A DNA stretch of 64,000 nt from a virus (Duplodnaviria; Caudoviricetes): the IMG/VR virus record IMGVR_UViG_3300005805_000064, positions 21,268 through 85,267 of that record, one strand, 5' to 3'. Of the stretch, positions 51,201 through 56,056 are shown piece by piece. The translations under genes and the position numbers were made by a program. Under the pieces are notes generated by a model. The model worked only from the letters and a program-made list of their open reading frames with translations. It did not search any database and was not told the origin of the DNA. Position 1 is the first letter of the stretch. Each line of letters begins with the position of its first letter.

Positions 51201-52152
51201 CAGCCTGAACTCTGATAGACCAGAAATAATCATTAACATTATAATTGATTCCGCCGACATTTACTATCTCGTTTGATATACCAGTATTGAAAAAGATGAC
51301 TGTTCTTAAATTTAAGAATGTTATGCCGTCTATGCCTGCTGAAGCAGGACTACCAATCAGTTGACTAAAAGGTTTTGTGCTTACTACGCTTACTGTATTA
51401 TTTCCGGGAAAATTAAATTCATCTTGCGCATCTTTTTGCGGAACATTGAATGTGACTATTCCGGTGTCAGCGCCGTTTCCAGTAACACCGAATATGTCTC
51501 TGACATATAGATTTTCTTGTGTAGCACTGTATCCGCTAGTACCTGGTTCGCCTTGTATCCAAAATCCTTGAGGTGCTATGAAATTATATGTACCGCCGCG
51601 TAGTAGCGTGATAGTAGGATTATTATCTACTTCTGCGCTGCCTAAAGCCTGAATACTGTATGAACTAGCAGCAGGAGTGACTATAAAATCGTCGTTGCTA
51701 TAGACGATTGACGCTGCTACTGATACTGCCGGCGGGCCTTCTGGTATCCAATAATATTGGTTATAATTAATTATCTTATCTAAATTTGTGAAACTATCCC
51801 AACTGTAAAATTGGCTAGCAAACAATTCACTATTGTTTTTAGTTATGGATCCTTGCTGCTGTAATGCATCAAGTATGCCAGGATAACTGATGAAGTCTTT
51901 CGCAGTTGTCTCATTATCTTTGAGAAATACTACGCCCGGATCTAATTGATAATCTTTACGAACTTTGTTTGGTTCGGTTACATAATAATCCTTAGCATCA
52001 ACACCGTAACCGACTTTACTGCCTATGAAACCTTGTATCTTTTTAGTGACCGGAGGATTGACCAATTGGTCGAGTGTTGCTCCGAGAAACTGGCTGTTAG
52101 TCTCAGTTTGAAATATCTGTGGTAAAAATTCAAGTGTTCTTATTCTAGTCAT
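33286..52152 (-). CDS. Giant (6288 aa) baseplate wedge/fibre-like virion protein, positional equivalent of T4 gp7
   Basis: Directly follows the gp6-like gene. It contains FG-GAP-like propeller blades (FGNAVAYD, FGSALALSGD, FGHSIS, FGYSLD, YGYAID; ~42600-44580), repeated Y.I...G.T.(W/F)..IG...F.ATG.GTGTG modules, a C-terminal BNR-like propeller (~35930-36800) and an FCCH-like beta module (TTTRPHNLSDNDVVRI). Confidence 0.75.
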   Translation of the reverse strand: MTRIRTLEFLPQIFQTETNSQFLGATLDQLVNPPVTKKIQGFIGSKVGYGVDAKDYYVTEPNKVRKDYQLDPGVVFLKDNETTAKDFISYPGILDALQQQGSITKNNSELFASQFYSWDSFTNLDKIINYNQYYWIPEGPPAVSVAASIVYSNDDFIVTPAASSYSIQALGSAEVDNNPTITLLRGGTYNFIAPQGFWIQGEPGTSGYSATQENLYVRDIFGVTGNGADTGIVTFNVPQKDAQDEFNFPGNNTVSVVSTKPFSQLIGSPASAGIDGITFLNLRTVIFFNTGISNEIVNVGGINYNVNDYFWSIRVQAGIITQLLPDGLIPTEQKITALYGNEYAGLNFYKSTAGTIDQVPYLSAPLDTLYYQDSTNENRVGIIKLIENNETNTIDVTNDILGKTNYTSKNGVVFTNGLKVEFDGDVIPRSYLQGEYYVEGVGTGIELISVESLNVPEPFTTKTASPYDILNYDIGPYDEGLNIPTTPDYITIARNSINKNAWSRSNRWFHIDVINATADYNNNPEIATNFALPENKAKRPIIEFYPNLKLFNSGIIGKDNIDFLDNRTENAFDFVEGQQTYYPDVQTYTEYTGTVNSNATPIGLSGILENQYYQIETLGTTEKDTWIELGAELDVDGEFATGTEYIINSLGSTSQEDWSAIAGTNNIFANEIQTDIWYQIIITGNTNWASIGLTGLPTPGAVFKATGAGTGTGKVKRYVEVSALPNSSPYQENEVFTCGAPTGDTIGNGDAFKILFKATGQGYTQNTFVLGYQYTIADIGNTLWNNISVSGTRSWGTGTPAVGGTFIATWDPSLGTTLTVYGTGLATQGNGEVIQKTTTTISIPASDIIEGSFTQGLWINDVKLFNPPLSNGISVLPTGTRILSVNATNPTYQMTVYWPIPSDSIPSNTNVSFVANPKDNADLQLFPGARIVFAKDTNLDVRNKIYVAEFNITGAGNFPAITLTEAVDSPVLADDQFSVKNGFYFEGLSVYFNGEYYSGTVSNFSEAQQKTTVNQAPRFDLFDENGISYGDSIVYPSTTFDGCKLFNYKLGVGINDSVLGFPISYSSINNVGDISFEISLNTQKFDYVSDGNSITSDVKNGFVYDYNSRTEYTRLTGWQTAVANSGQYQVFEFNYVANITPIVLDADETIDYTVILDVPQVDRSETIWPSLLVYNNNTLLELNTDYTVINTDADTTITIKLTKDVDTPIQVLILSNKTSEKAYYSVPINLSNNPFNTDPTVVDIGDIRGAYQSIFQNNPDTVGQVFGANNFRDLGNLVPWNNAIIQNSASLVLPGAFLRDPQYNLSDALLFNSREYIKFKNLLIDTVNQIAAQQKFDPAALLDEAIDIITSVKNEEQPFFWSDMIPSKAPFLSNTYNFANQAETSVFPLSKIYDFTTANYDGVLVYLQRKINGVMVTKQLLRGTEYVVSTDSPSVRVNVFLDAGDKIIVKEYNQTYGSYIPNSPSKLGLYPLYVPKVLLDDTYTEPTYFIQGHDGSYNKLYGDYSSVFGMPVDFRDQALLEYETRVYNNIKLSRSLPIDLALTVPGYFRDTALSYAEYTEIYSKNFLDWVGQNRLDYKTQLYRSTDEYSYNYRESTLKLDNSIVMQGNWRGIYQYVYDTSTPNLTPWAMIGYANKPDWWEDRYGPAPYTNQNLILWTDLQDGIDYNNGTPVVRPLYKRPGLLNIIPVDDQGQLKAPLETLIANYNQLTFKRDWIVGDDAPVEFSYRKSSTYPFDLMRLQSLLKPADFYNLGVDLDNYKYNVEFNQFLVNGRTHLIPNQIQIYGNGTAKTSYINWIVDYTKQLGVNATDLITRLVNNLDVRLVHRLAGFSDKSLLKFFVEKGTPGSNNSSLMIPDESYQVLLYENQPSFKLVYSGVVVQKTVNGYTVFGNSQNSAYFRTLRPIISGPKDKISVQDLSVQVAVDHYETEILVPYGTTYYTISDVSQFLIDYGAWLVSRGAVFDDQIQDVVINWNQMVAEFLYWTQIGFATGSVITLNPSAKKLTIDKENYIVQPLTYNQTNFVLNNNLYPIQNKDLAIDRNSTKFTVKPLNEGDAIGYGQFNLSNIEHGIVFQNETLFNDVIYNLVSGLKQSRIYVRGTKSAEWNGTLFASGFIYNQDNIQEWSGDIKYTKGAIVKYKNKFFTALEIIQPNPKFNQNQWKVTDYDEIQKGLLPNSSTRSFESALYYNSDSANLETDADLLSFSLIGFRPREYMASADLTDITQVNVYKNLIKEKGTSNSVKAFKGANLPQGGIDYDVYENWAILQGTFGGTLNDNFIEFKLNENQLTGNPGIIGLTNGNDVPDAQQLVPLYSLFNYGKPINTPYILPTLATDTPDRVYPNAGYVNINDVKMSAYFYSNLPTATNQNGIVVPLGNLYVNDYVWLADYQSNWQVLTPTSVGQVIQVRSNLNGTCTVTFKEEHNLSQYDIFAIINFDSSANGYFVANTIINPRQILITLTLPGSTKVLTGQGIGLKFGTQRVDQPGDIQSLPLINTEFVKNKVWVDTNNDGSWAVYLKSINYLYGTQYYQTSSVNFGNAVAYDSHMGYLFADSGEGNVYRYSLNIITGEFENTFTITGDASFGTTIVHKDNIYVISQPTTTPSIQIWTLNDSTEVDNPQLYQEILASDHAATTGSTNFGSALALSGDLNWLYISDYDQATPTARNKVHAFRRRNTLTTPGNFIIPTTIDPAIYQITSLSTSYKAGSFVPGETYTIVFVGDTDFTSLGATSNTVGVIFTATGTGTAGETGVAQGEETDFTLIGAVENKVGIYFKATNNGLGNGTGTATRCDYQYMTTINSASTTVDKFGHSISTNYYGTTLVVGAPNVDYSGSIANYGNSYIYDRLVQNIEINQAYDEDTPATFTLIWAPNPSLPLTVTKNGILVNSSLYSVSGTTFTYTGEFTYGDILTIGGNEFVLVQTLTNEKTPRIGVQFGYSLDTNNFGTEILVGAPFYLSETNAEGAVFRYTYGGARFGTIIGIEDVNVTAPSNILINGFLVPVPVGDADIVAAAINAAKITNIVASAVDGKLVLTLANQNLANVNQELLVSAYNPAVLTQLGLKLYTQTQIIQCPHTVGASQFGTTIKFNEFNSAAISAPVGDRYTVTTFDFVDDNINDNDTIFDNNATQFADVFDNAGAVYTFDYLSNYNESLNNIGNYTYGQSVNAKDLVYGAQPTYGYAIDWNEDRIVIGAPGFRPTVIDGQVVTYINDTGEQNWSVFRQSNPVVDINRVENMQIFSAESNNTLINLDYIDPLQGKILGAVRQNIDYVSDIDPAGYNNTTALTPNLVWGADQVGKIWFDTANIRFLNYHQNDNEYNARYWGQLFPGSDIAVCTWVASTVPPVEYQGPGIPKNVAAYTVQTTLNSNNTVVPVYYFWARNTGIIAPNKSLADINIANYISNPQGSGISYLAPLSTNVFALYNCKSYINANDSVLHVGFTTGQENNPAHEQFDLIRSDFADDFLPGVPGSFGVTQPESLYDRFLDSLSGVDESGNSVPDPFLPKAVQSGVLARPRQSFFYDRFAALKNYLQYANIIMRLYPIAEIRSFDFLFESGTYYNTAEFWEYINWWAPGYDDNTRSVLQVPVYADLSTINAVQGTIVTVAKNGLGVSETYRYDGLGTWERIGLENGTIRFKDELYDYDSGGFGFGGTFYDTDSYDVFPSQPTRWIIRALNEQIYTSELLIHRNKSLILMFEYIQEETIENQNYLPWLNKTSLVDVSHKVRELKEIKNFISDNQEFLSGYINETKPYHVVIKEFLFDYTGEDIYPGTITDFDVPSEYDVTINKFVSPQLVYNNQDTDYEFLPDSPVWQKENYKEWYNNYGVALTGQPNYLMGKLLSYVTLVSTSIVVDNAQGFPVNGIIKIGDEQIAYARVNRATGELTGLTRGFNQTQISIHLPKTNVYMDLPAVIVLDTGKNYTNPPRALAYIDTSIYPEPRVQAQLEVTMSLDKVSSITVINPGEGYAVTPEIRIESAESFEFDSGNVNILLHTIDLDAPTFMTGDMVRYKEGTTNIGGLANEQYYYINVLDSTPSTIVALYDTYLNAIEDKNRIQFINQGTGTQIFEIVARALAITSSSPVRENNITIKFDRTSYNSQITEWTPNAFYASEFVGYYLDSTSSTLSLAATQPDINNILSSAGGTVFPVVSVTNNQVQSDWSGLERTVGNISNNYINLSFVSSVGDQYPSGSTVGMTVNMPVKFTQSVTGITAGNTYYVSNVANLTSFSISSTPGGSPLAISGTVSNMKCSTAKVTNTARISTSYPGIRTITGTNATNNTVTVPLNAIGTGGTNGLYLNCPVVFTGDVFGGIEENKIYYVVSVFGLESFSMSENSDSTYTRVYATDAFGNIGVETTNGLEVNDPIVFDTMYINNSPALNFGGISPKTVYYVKEIGVNNTITISTAPGGSTFITSTQVAGAGNYAFITNQNQTVDLTTATGIAAMNISLPVSPGQVDGQKFTFYPSSNNYADITAPKLTYGNLVTKVIEHTLSDNTIALTGNNSQIYNGFSFTVNNSIGNLEPDNVYYTYNVQNIPFTCVISTSSNATFNATFNGFTMTVNSLIGSIYPGTVITGTGIENNTYIEDSLGGGVYTLNKPYLPTTINGITASTGLVTLSSSFTTDSLYEGMPFTFNTGLIFGGLELDTDYYVRHLVNSSTFTISEQKGQGAISLIAGAGSMTASGSASFKAYQNIGELAFGKDYQIKQTGNGNWDSIGSTLVSAGSFVTGQTYIIDTVGDTNFILVGAASNEVDVIFTATGPGTGTGKVYVANFTCNNAAQTGVGQATVLLSDESGSVQMNQEIIADPTFDIGYVLGGYNVLISDGGLGFTQNNTITISGQWLGGTSPTNDLTLTVSRINPIEAGTYSWSLPVTSNGSITKLITEGTPIGTTTDYYLKVINANTFEVYSDPLLQTPVSGLDFAYTGYVTTTATAATASDDRITVTSSSNFNINDPVVFTGSMFSASINLGQVYYIYDKPTSTTVRLTTDPGSVSNLVNITTNASGSMTMAKAGSFMVLPEPFYFNPSIVKYNNRVWLCVVSNNDSEFVFGKWEELSAGDGRLNALDRAEGWYKPDPSNTRAWQQYINMAGNDLTQLFTGLTYPNTTYKGNKFNPDQSYPIDTQLINSSFNATGVDIPAITFNGTNYIAPANLPNYSGVIADIEIQNDWSLYKLADETLSITDITKAGNSYVMTSSNSPIPMFTSTDQMTWRTDTFFVPFGTPSNVVDFFKIKMIAANQSFNAVTFHDGLWIAVNPNIVTSTDLVNWQARLPAATATNILNDVSYVTASGFNGYIVVGRRPTGGIVFRSLNGISWTLVTAPFNKAFNAVTSAFDKIYAVGDQIIAYSSDSTNWTTISQVDIVYNDIHFADGILVLVGNNGVIKRSTDGINFTTVTSGTLENLNSVIYVAEKDQWTIVGNNNTVLQTSDITSPTVVWGTTNVFQEVQTEYTVQGDPFMFGYGPEEMVPGIVSDQLVMTVNTRPGTNWPADQYAHVGYKVVSLELDIEPSNEYDFSSAVQTPAQLSVFLLTDGLSVSLYENVDYEINWHDKIVSLLSPLTSGQQLRIDVYEIGNGNQLVKSNTDNDPIEINLSTGFNEISLDCNYTNLDYNGGGIVQVGTDGEFYTEPAVYHNGQKLTSGFANYVISTNAINNSITIFSAAGLASDQRITFSDTIFGGIVPLTSYYIDQVLSATTITIKDQFGNPVTVDSASGSAIFVTQDYAAMPADNQITAKIVFADQYDQLTDYISYSFFGETEPVQYGYTVPETQQFTGNGTVGPYTLTNSLDGDNPENAIVEVDGLRKTPSEYNVNYTTGTLVFNAPVTSSQTIAVTTFNDTDRQYLFTNTYTGKQVTPIVYVNNTVLPVTVTTTRPHNLSDNDVVRIEDVLGSVQLNGQLFTINVLSATEFALYEYIADIPYTASVPLTDINTYISGGYVSLNQNYVLYNKTGVSSDNEYIFVGKATGLVEGTPVYFTETGIDLGQPISIPELVAGTKYYIKEVIEIDSANDKFSISETRNGVAKTLSVQSGLNVNVTQWEQTNVDRLWVTVKGQRVASSKLRLHEANDVSILEEILPGDEVIITSMMPSSTPDQQTYLQIVDVAGQGNVYRANTETRTWLRENVGEYATAIEVGDATKLTNNVTQTSIAPPSVFGYRTIPLNANRLDVIQVKVYNNTKNQLIDQDYLLLSASGQGAFVSIQDGPWISNNDNLTITSLEGKLLYVNGEYMQILNVDETANIVNVQRGVLGSIISPYIGKYTTVFSLLEYNKMTQPNYNSVWNPIPGIYNETQGDPLQIADTAGADFLKVDVT

Positions 52153-52153
52153 T

Positions 52154-55100
52154 TTATGCTACTTGCAATTGGTCTGGTGTCAATGCTGCGATAACTCTGA
52201 TATCATTTGCTGTCGCGGCGTTAACAAAAATCTCAAATGGTTTGCACTTGATCTCATACAAAGTGCCAAATGGTTCTGTTGGATCGTTTGGTACTAGTAC
52301 TGCTGAACTTATCAAGTCACCTAACTGATTATGTAGATAGGCGCTGAGTTCACTAAAGAAGAATGTATCACCGAAGTTCCAATTATCTATATTGAAATAA
52401 TTATTCATTGCTGTTAACACCGCGCTCTTAATATCACTATCGCTGGCAGTAGTATCGCTAGTTTTTATGACCTTGATAGTACCACGCAACGCTGCCTGTG
52501 CTTTAGGTCCAAACAATGGTTTGAACACTACACTATTTAATACTACAGAATCACTCAACATTTTGTAATCTTGTATTTGACCATATTCAGCACTGAGTTC
52601 GTTTATAGTAGGTCTGCTTGGCATCGGCACTGTATCTGATGTATCTTGTATATAATTTTGATATGCCGTGTAGTATGCCTGTGTAACAACATATAAATCA
52701 ATGATGTTTGTAGTTGCCGGATCAATGCGTGTTGTATTGTTGCTATTGTGTCTATATAAGTAATTCAATCCTTGTCTACCAGACTGAACAGAATAACTTG
52801 TTTGTTCTATTAATTCATAACTTGTCTGGGTAGTCGTTACATCCTGAACAGTTTTATAAAATTTATTATCAGTTGTAGCGTAAAATAGTTGTCCTACAGG
52901 ATAATCATATTTTATTACTTCGATCTGGCTCTTGATCGCATATGCATAAATTACATCCGTGCTTGGTACTATTTGTAGTCTTGTCAAATTCACTGCATCT
53001 TGTATTTCTTGAAAAAATACATATTTGCCGATGTTTGCGCCACCTGGAACTACTCCCGTAATTTCTTGAAAGAAATCGGGATTTACTACAAGCAGGTTAT
53101 TGTTAACATCAGTGCTTGCTACTTCAACTTCAAAATCATTTACATAACCATCACTCTGCGTAGTTTGACCTATGATACTTACGGGAATATCATTACCTAA
53201 TGGAGTGACTGTGTTAGGTTGTGTGTTGATACCTAAAACATTAATAAAATCTTGTAATATTTTTCCAGAATAAGGGTCATATACGAGTTCGTTCAACGCA
53301 TAAGTGAATCGTGTCTCATCTACGCTACCGAAATAATAACGCAATGAACGATATTGAACAACATAGGTGTTATCTGCTATATTGTTGAAATATACGAACC
53401 AATTTGAGGGTTGTCCTAATTCAATTGACCAACGACCATTATCTATTCTACTGTTGTTATAAGTCAAACTAAAATCTTGTTGTAATTCGATTCTTAATAT
53501 AGCCTCTTGTATGATACTGACTGGAAGACTATTATCCCATGCAGGAATGACAGAATTTAATATTGCTCCATCCGGAACATATCCATTTAGTGTTACAGGA
53601 CCTACACCGTTACTAAAATTACCTTGTCCCGTGTTGCTACCATCTCCTGACACATTTAATACTGTAGTCCAGATATATGATTTATTTGTAGGACTTGATG
53701 TTGTAGTCAATCTATTATTTTGATCAAAACTATAACCAATTGGTGCGACAAACTTACACAATGCACCTTTTGAAATATACTTTCTAGTACTATCTGTATT
53801 TGCACCTAGCATCACAGGAGTCTCAATAGTATTGTCTAATATATAGAAATAACCATTAACACTATTTCCATTTACATTACTAGTATTGAAGTAAGTTGCG
53901 TTCACACCTGACGGGAATGAATAGCGATTGTAAACAGATTGTGAAGTATCTGCTGTAGTGTTGATATAATATTGTATGGTTCTATTATCAGAAAGTATCG
54001 CTGATAAAGTTTCTGTAAAAAATGAAATGACGCTACTTGAGTTTAATACATTGAGATTGACGAAACCCAAATCGTAATTTTCCCATAATGCGCCGTCGCT
54101 ACCTAAATTGTTTATACTGCTATATTTGCCTGTTGGATCAAGCAAATCTAAATTCTTGCTTACACCTATGCTGCTACGGTTCACAGCCTTTGATTTGATA
54201 ATTGATGAATATAATGTAAATGGGAAGTTGTTATAGTCTTCACCATTTACCATGCGATTCTGTGTATAATATCTTGTAGGTGCTCGTTGCTTTATGCTTG
54301 CTATGCTTTCGCGGGCTTGTGCATTGCTCACTGGTTGAGTTAAACTCAATCCTAATGTCAATGTCTCTGCGCGACCTGTACGGCTTATATAAGTGAAAGC
54401 AACGCTAATGCCTTGCATCTCGTTGATATCGATAGTATATGTTAATCCATTACTTGCACGAACATATGATCTAAATGTTCCTACTGGAATATTGCTGAAT
54501 ACCCCGTCACCAAATACATAAGTCACTTGATCATTGAACCTTGAGTTCACACTAAAGATATTTTTCTTACTGGTTTCTGTTTGCAAGTATGCATCATTAT
54601 AAACATTATCAACTTTTTCCCATAATAAACGGTCGTTGTTGTTTAGATTGAGTTGATATAACCAAGTATCTGTATTATTGATACCTTGTATATCAATGTT
54701 TACCGCTTGATTGCTGATTTGCTGTTCTAGAACAAAATCATAATTATTCAAAATACCTTGCTTGAAATATAAGAAATATCCGGTATTGCTACTAGCAAAA
54801 CCTAATTTATCATTTTTATATAAGAAGTTGAACTTGCCGGTTGGGGCAGGCGGTATCTCATACAAATAATCTTCATCAACGCTTGTAACACTGACTAATT
54901 CAAAATTCATAGTCTGCCCATCTATAGTGCTTGTAAATGGCACTATAGGCAAACTTCCTTCTGGAATCTGCATACTGTATTCTGCTGTAGTGACTCCTAA
55001 TATATCACTGACATTACCGGGGCGACCAATACGCTGTGAACTAATCAATGTAGAATTCAATATAGTATTGAACTGCTCAAACCAACTTGGGTTCGCAGGG

Positions 55101-55537
55101 TCATTCCACAATATAGGAAGATTGCTCAAGTTTACCCCGTTGAAATCAGTGATATCCTGACTAGTCTGTATGCTAGTGATCTTCAATGTGCCTTCAGCAC
55201 AGATATTTCTTTTGGGGGTGTAACTGACAAGATTGGCTAACTTGATGACGCTATCACGGCGTTCGGCTGTGTCTATAAAGTTTTCTCTTGCGTTCAAGTC
55301 ATTTCTAAATGCAAGACCTTGACCCATGAATGCCATGACGTCGAGCAACGCTATAAATTCGCTTGATTCGATGTAGTCGTTATATGTTTCAGGATAATAG
55401 ACGCGCAGGTAATCTATGAAACTTTTGCGTAATGTCTCATAGTCGTAACTGCGAAAGTCTACCTCACGAAAGGTTTGATAGATTGCTTTCCAATCGTTGA
55501 CACCGAATAGTGCTGCTTGTCTTGAACTTTTAGCCAT
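52154..55537 (-). CDS. gp6: Baseplate wedge subunit, T4 gp6/baseplate-J-like
   Basis: DFRSYDYETLRKSFIDYLR...YNDYIESSEFIALLDVMAF...ENFIDTAERRDSVIKLANLVSYTPKR, and ESIASIKQRAP..YYTQNRMVNGEDY. Confidence 0.85.
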   Translation of the reverse strand: MAKSSRQAALFGVNDWKAIYQTFREVDFRSYDYETLRKSFIDYLRVYYPETYNDYIESSEFIALLDVMAFMGQGLAFRNDLNARENFIDTAERRDSVIKLANLVSYTPKRNICAEGTLKITSIQTSQDITDFNGVNLSNLPILWNDPANPSWFEQFNTILNSTLISSQRIGRPGNVSDILGVTTAEYSMQIPEGSLPIVPFTSTIDGQTMNFELVSVTSVDEDYLYEIPPAPTGKFNFLYKNDKLGFASSNTGYFLYFKQGILNNYDFVLEQQISNQAVNIDIQGINNTDTWLYQLNLNNNDRLLWEKVDNVYNDAYLQTETSKKNIFSVNSRFNDQVTYVFGDGVFSNIPVGTFRSYVRASNGLTYTIDINEMQGISVAFTYISRTGRAETLTLGLSLTQPVSNAQARESIASIKQRAPTRYYTQNRMVNGEDYNNFPFTLYSSIIKSKAVNRSSIGVSKNLDLLDPTGKYSSINNLGSDGALWENYDLGFVNLNVLNSSSVISFFTETLSAILSDNRTIQYYINTTADTSQSVYNRYSFPSGVNATYFNTSNVNGNSVNGYFYILDNTIETPVMLGANTDSTRKYISKGALCKFVAPIGYSFDQNNRLTTTSSPTNKSYIWTTVLNVSGDGSNTGQGNFSNGVGPVTLNGYVPDGAILNSVIPAWDNSLPVSIIQEAILRIELQQDFSLTYNNSRIDNGRWSIELGQPSNWFVYFNNIADNTYVVQYRSLRYYFGSVDETRFTYALNELVYDPYSGKILQDFINVLGINTQPNTVTPLGNDIPVSIIGQTTQSDGYVNDFEVEVASTDVNNNLLVVNPDFFQEITGVVPGGANIGKYVFFQEIQDAVNLTRLQIVPSTDVIYAYAIKSQIEVIKYDYPVGQLFYATTDNKFYKTVQDVTTTQTSYELIEQTSYSVQSGRQGLNYLYRHNSNNTTRIDPATTNIIDLYVVTQAYYTAYQNYIQDTSDTVPMPSRPTINELSAEYGQIQDYKMLSDSVVLNSVVFKPLFGPKAQAALRGTIKVIKTSDTTASDSDIKSAVLTAMNNYFNIDNWNFGDTFFFSELSAYLHNQLGDLISSAVLVPNDPTEPFGTLYEIKCKPFEIFVNAATANDIRVIAALTPDQLQVA

Positions 55538-55556
55538 AATTTGTCTCTGATTTGAT

Positions 55557-55564
55557 TATTTATC
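55557..55564 (-). promoter_or_regulatory. Late-promoter motif GATAAATA
   Basis: Intergenic, upstream of the gp6-like start at 55537. Confidence 0.65.
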
Positions 55565-55571
55565 AAACCCG

Positions 55572-55585
55572 AAAACCGCGGTTTT
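55572..55585. promoter_or_regulatory. Perfect 14-bp palindrome AAAACCGCGGTTTT just upstream of a late promoter (operator or terminator candidate)
   Basis: Seen directly. A related element lies at 63936-63951 in the same position relative to GATAAATA. Confidence 0.45.
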
Positions 55586-55590
55586 TAAGA

Positions 55591-56040
55591 TTATTGTATG
55601 GCAGCAGTATTGGTTGTGCTATCTAAAAACACGCTTAACATAGTGGCTTCATTAAATGGTTGTATTGCTATTTCTACTTCTAGTAATATACCATTTTCTT
55701 GAGGATACGCTCTTACATAATTGAGAACGATTCTTGGATCTAAACTAGCGATTCGTGTTATCTCATTTTCGAGACTAAATTGTACATCAGGGGTATTTGG
55801 CTCAAATACAAAGTTCCACAGTGTGGTTCCGTATTGAGGCTGGCCTACCTTCTCACCCTGTCGTATGTTTAGGCTGTTTACAAAATCTTGCACTACTAAA
55901 TTTTCATCAGTCAACTTGAATTTTTTACCTGGAATTACTGGATTCACCAATGATCCCACGCCCCCATCGATACCCGGGGGCGCATTCGTTGTCTTTGGTT
56001 TGTTAGAACCTATAGTAGAAAATCCCGTATATTGTGCCAT
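55591..56040 (-). CDS. gp25: Baseplate wedge protein, gp25/GPW-like
   Basis: LVVQDFVNSLNIRQGEKVGQPQYGTTLWNFVFEP...EITRIASLDPRI. Confidence 0.9.
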   Translation of the reverse strand: MAQYTGFSTIGSNKPKTTNAPPGIDGGVGSLVNPVIPGKKFKLTDENLVVQDFVNSLNIRQGEKVGQPQYGTTLWNFVFEPNTPDVQFSLENEITRIASLDPRIVLNYVRAYPQENGILLEVEIAIQPFNEATMLSVFLDSTTNTAAIQ

Positions 56041-56045
56041 ACTGA

Positions 56046-56053
56046 TATTTATG
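56046..56053 (-). promoter_or_regulatory. Late-promoter motif CATAAATA, 5 nt upstream of the gp25-like ATG
   Basis: The minus strand reads CATAAATA-TCAGT-ATG, with no room for an SD. Confidence 0.6.
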
Positions 56054-56056
56054 TTA

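Noticed and set aside
55572-55585. Palindrome as a rho-independent terminator for the gp25-like gene
   Set aside because: The pairing is mostly A-T with a very short GC core and no stable loop, so it was kept only as a candidate regulatory dyad.
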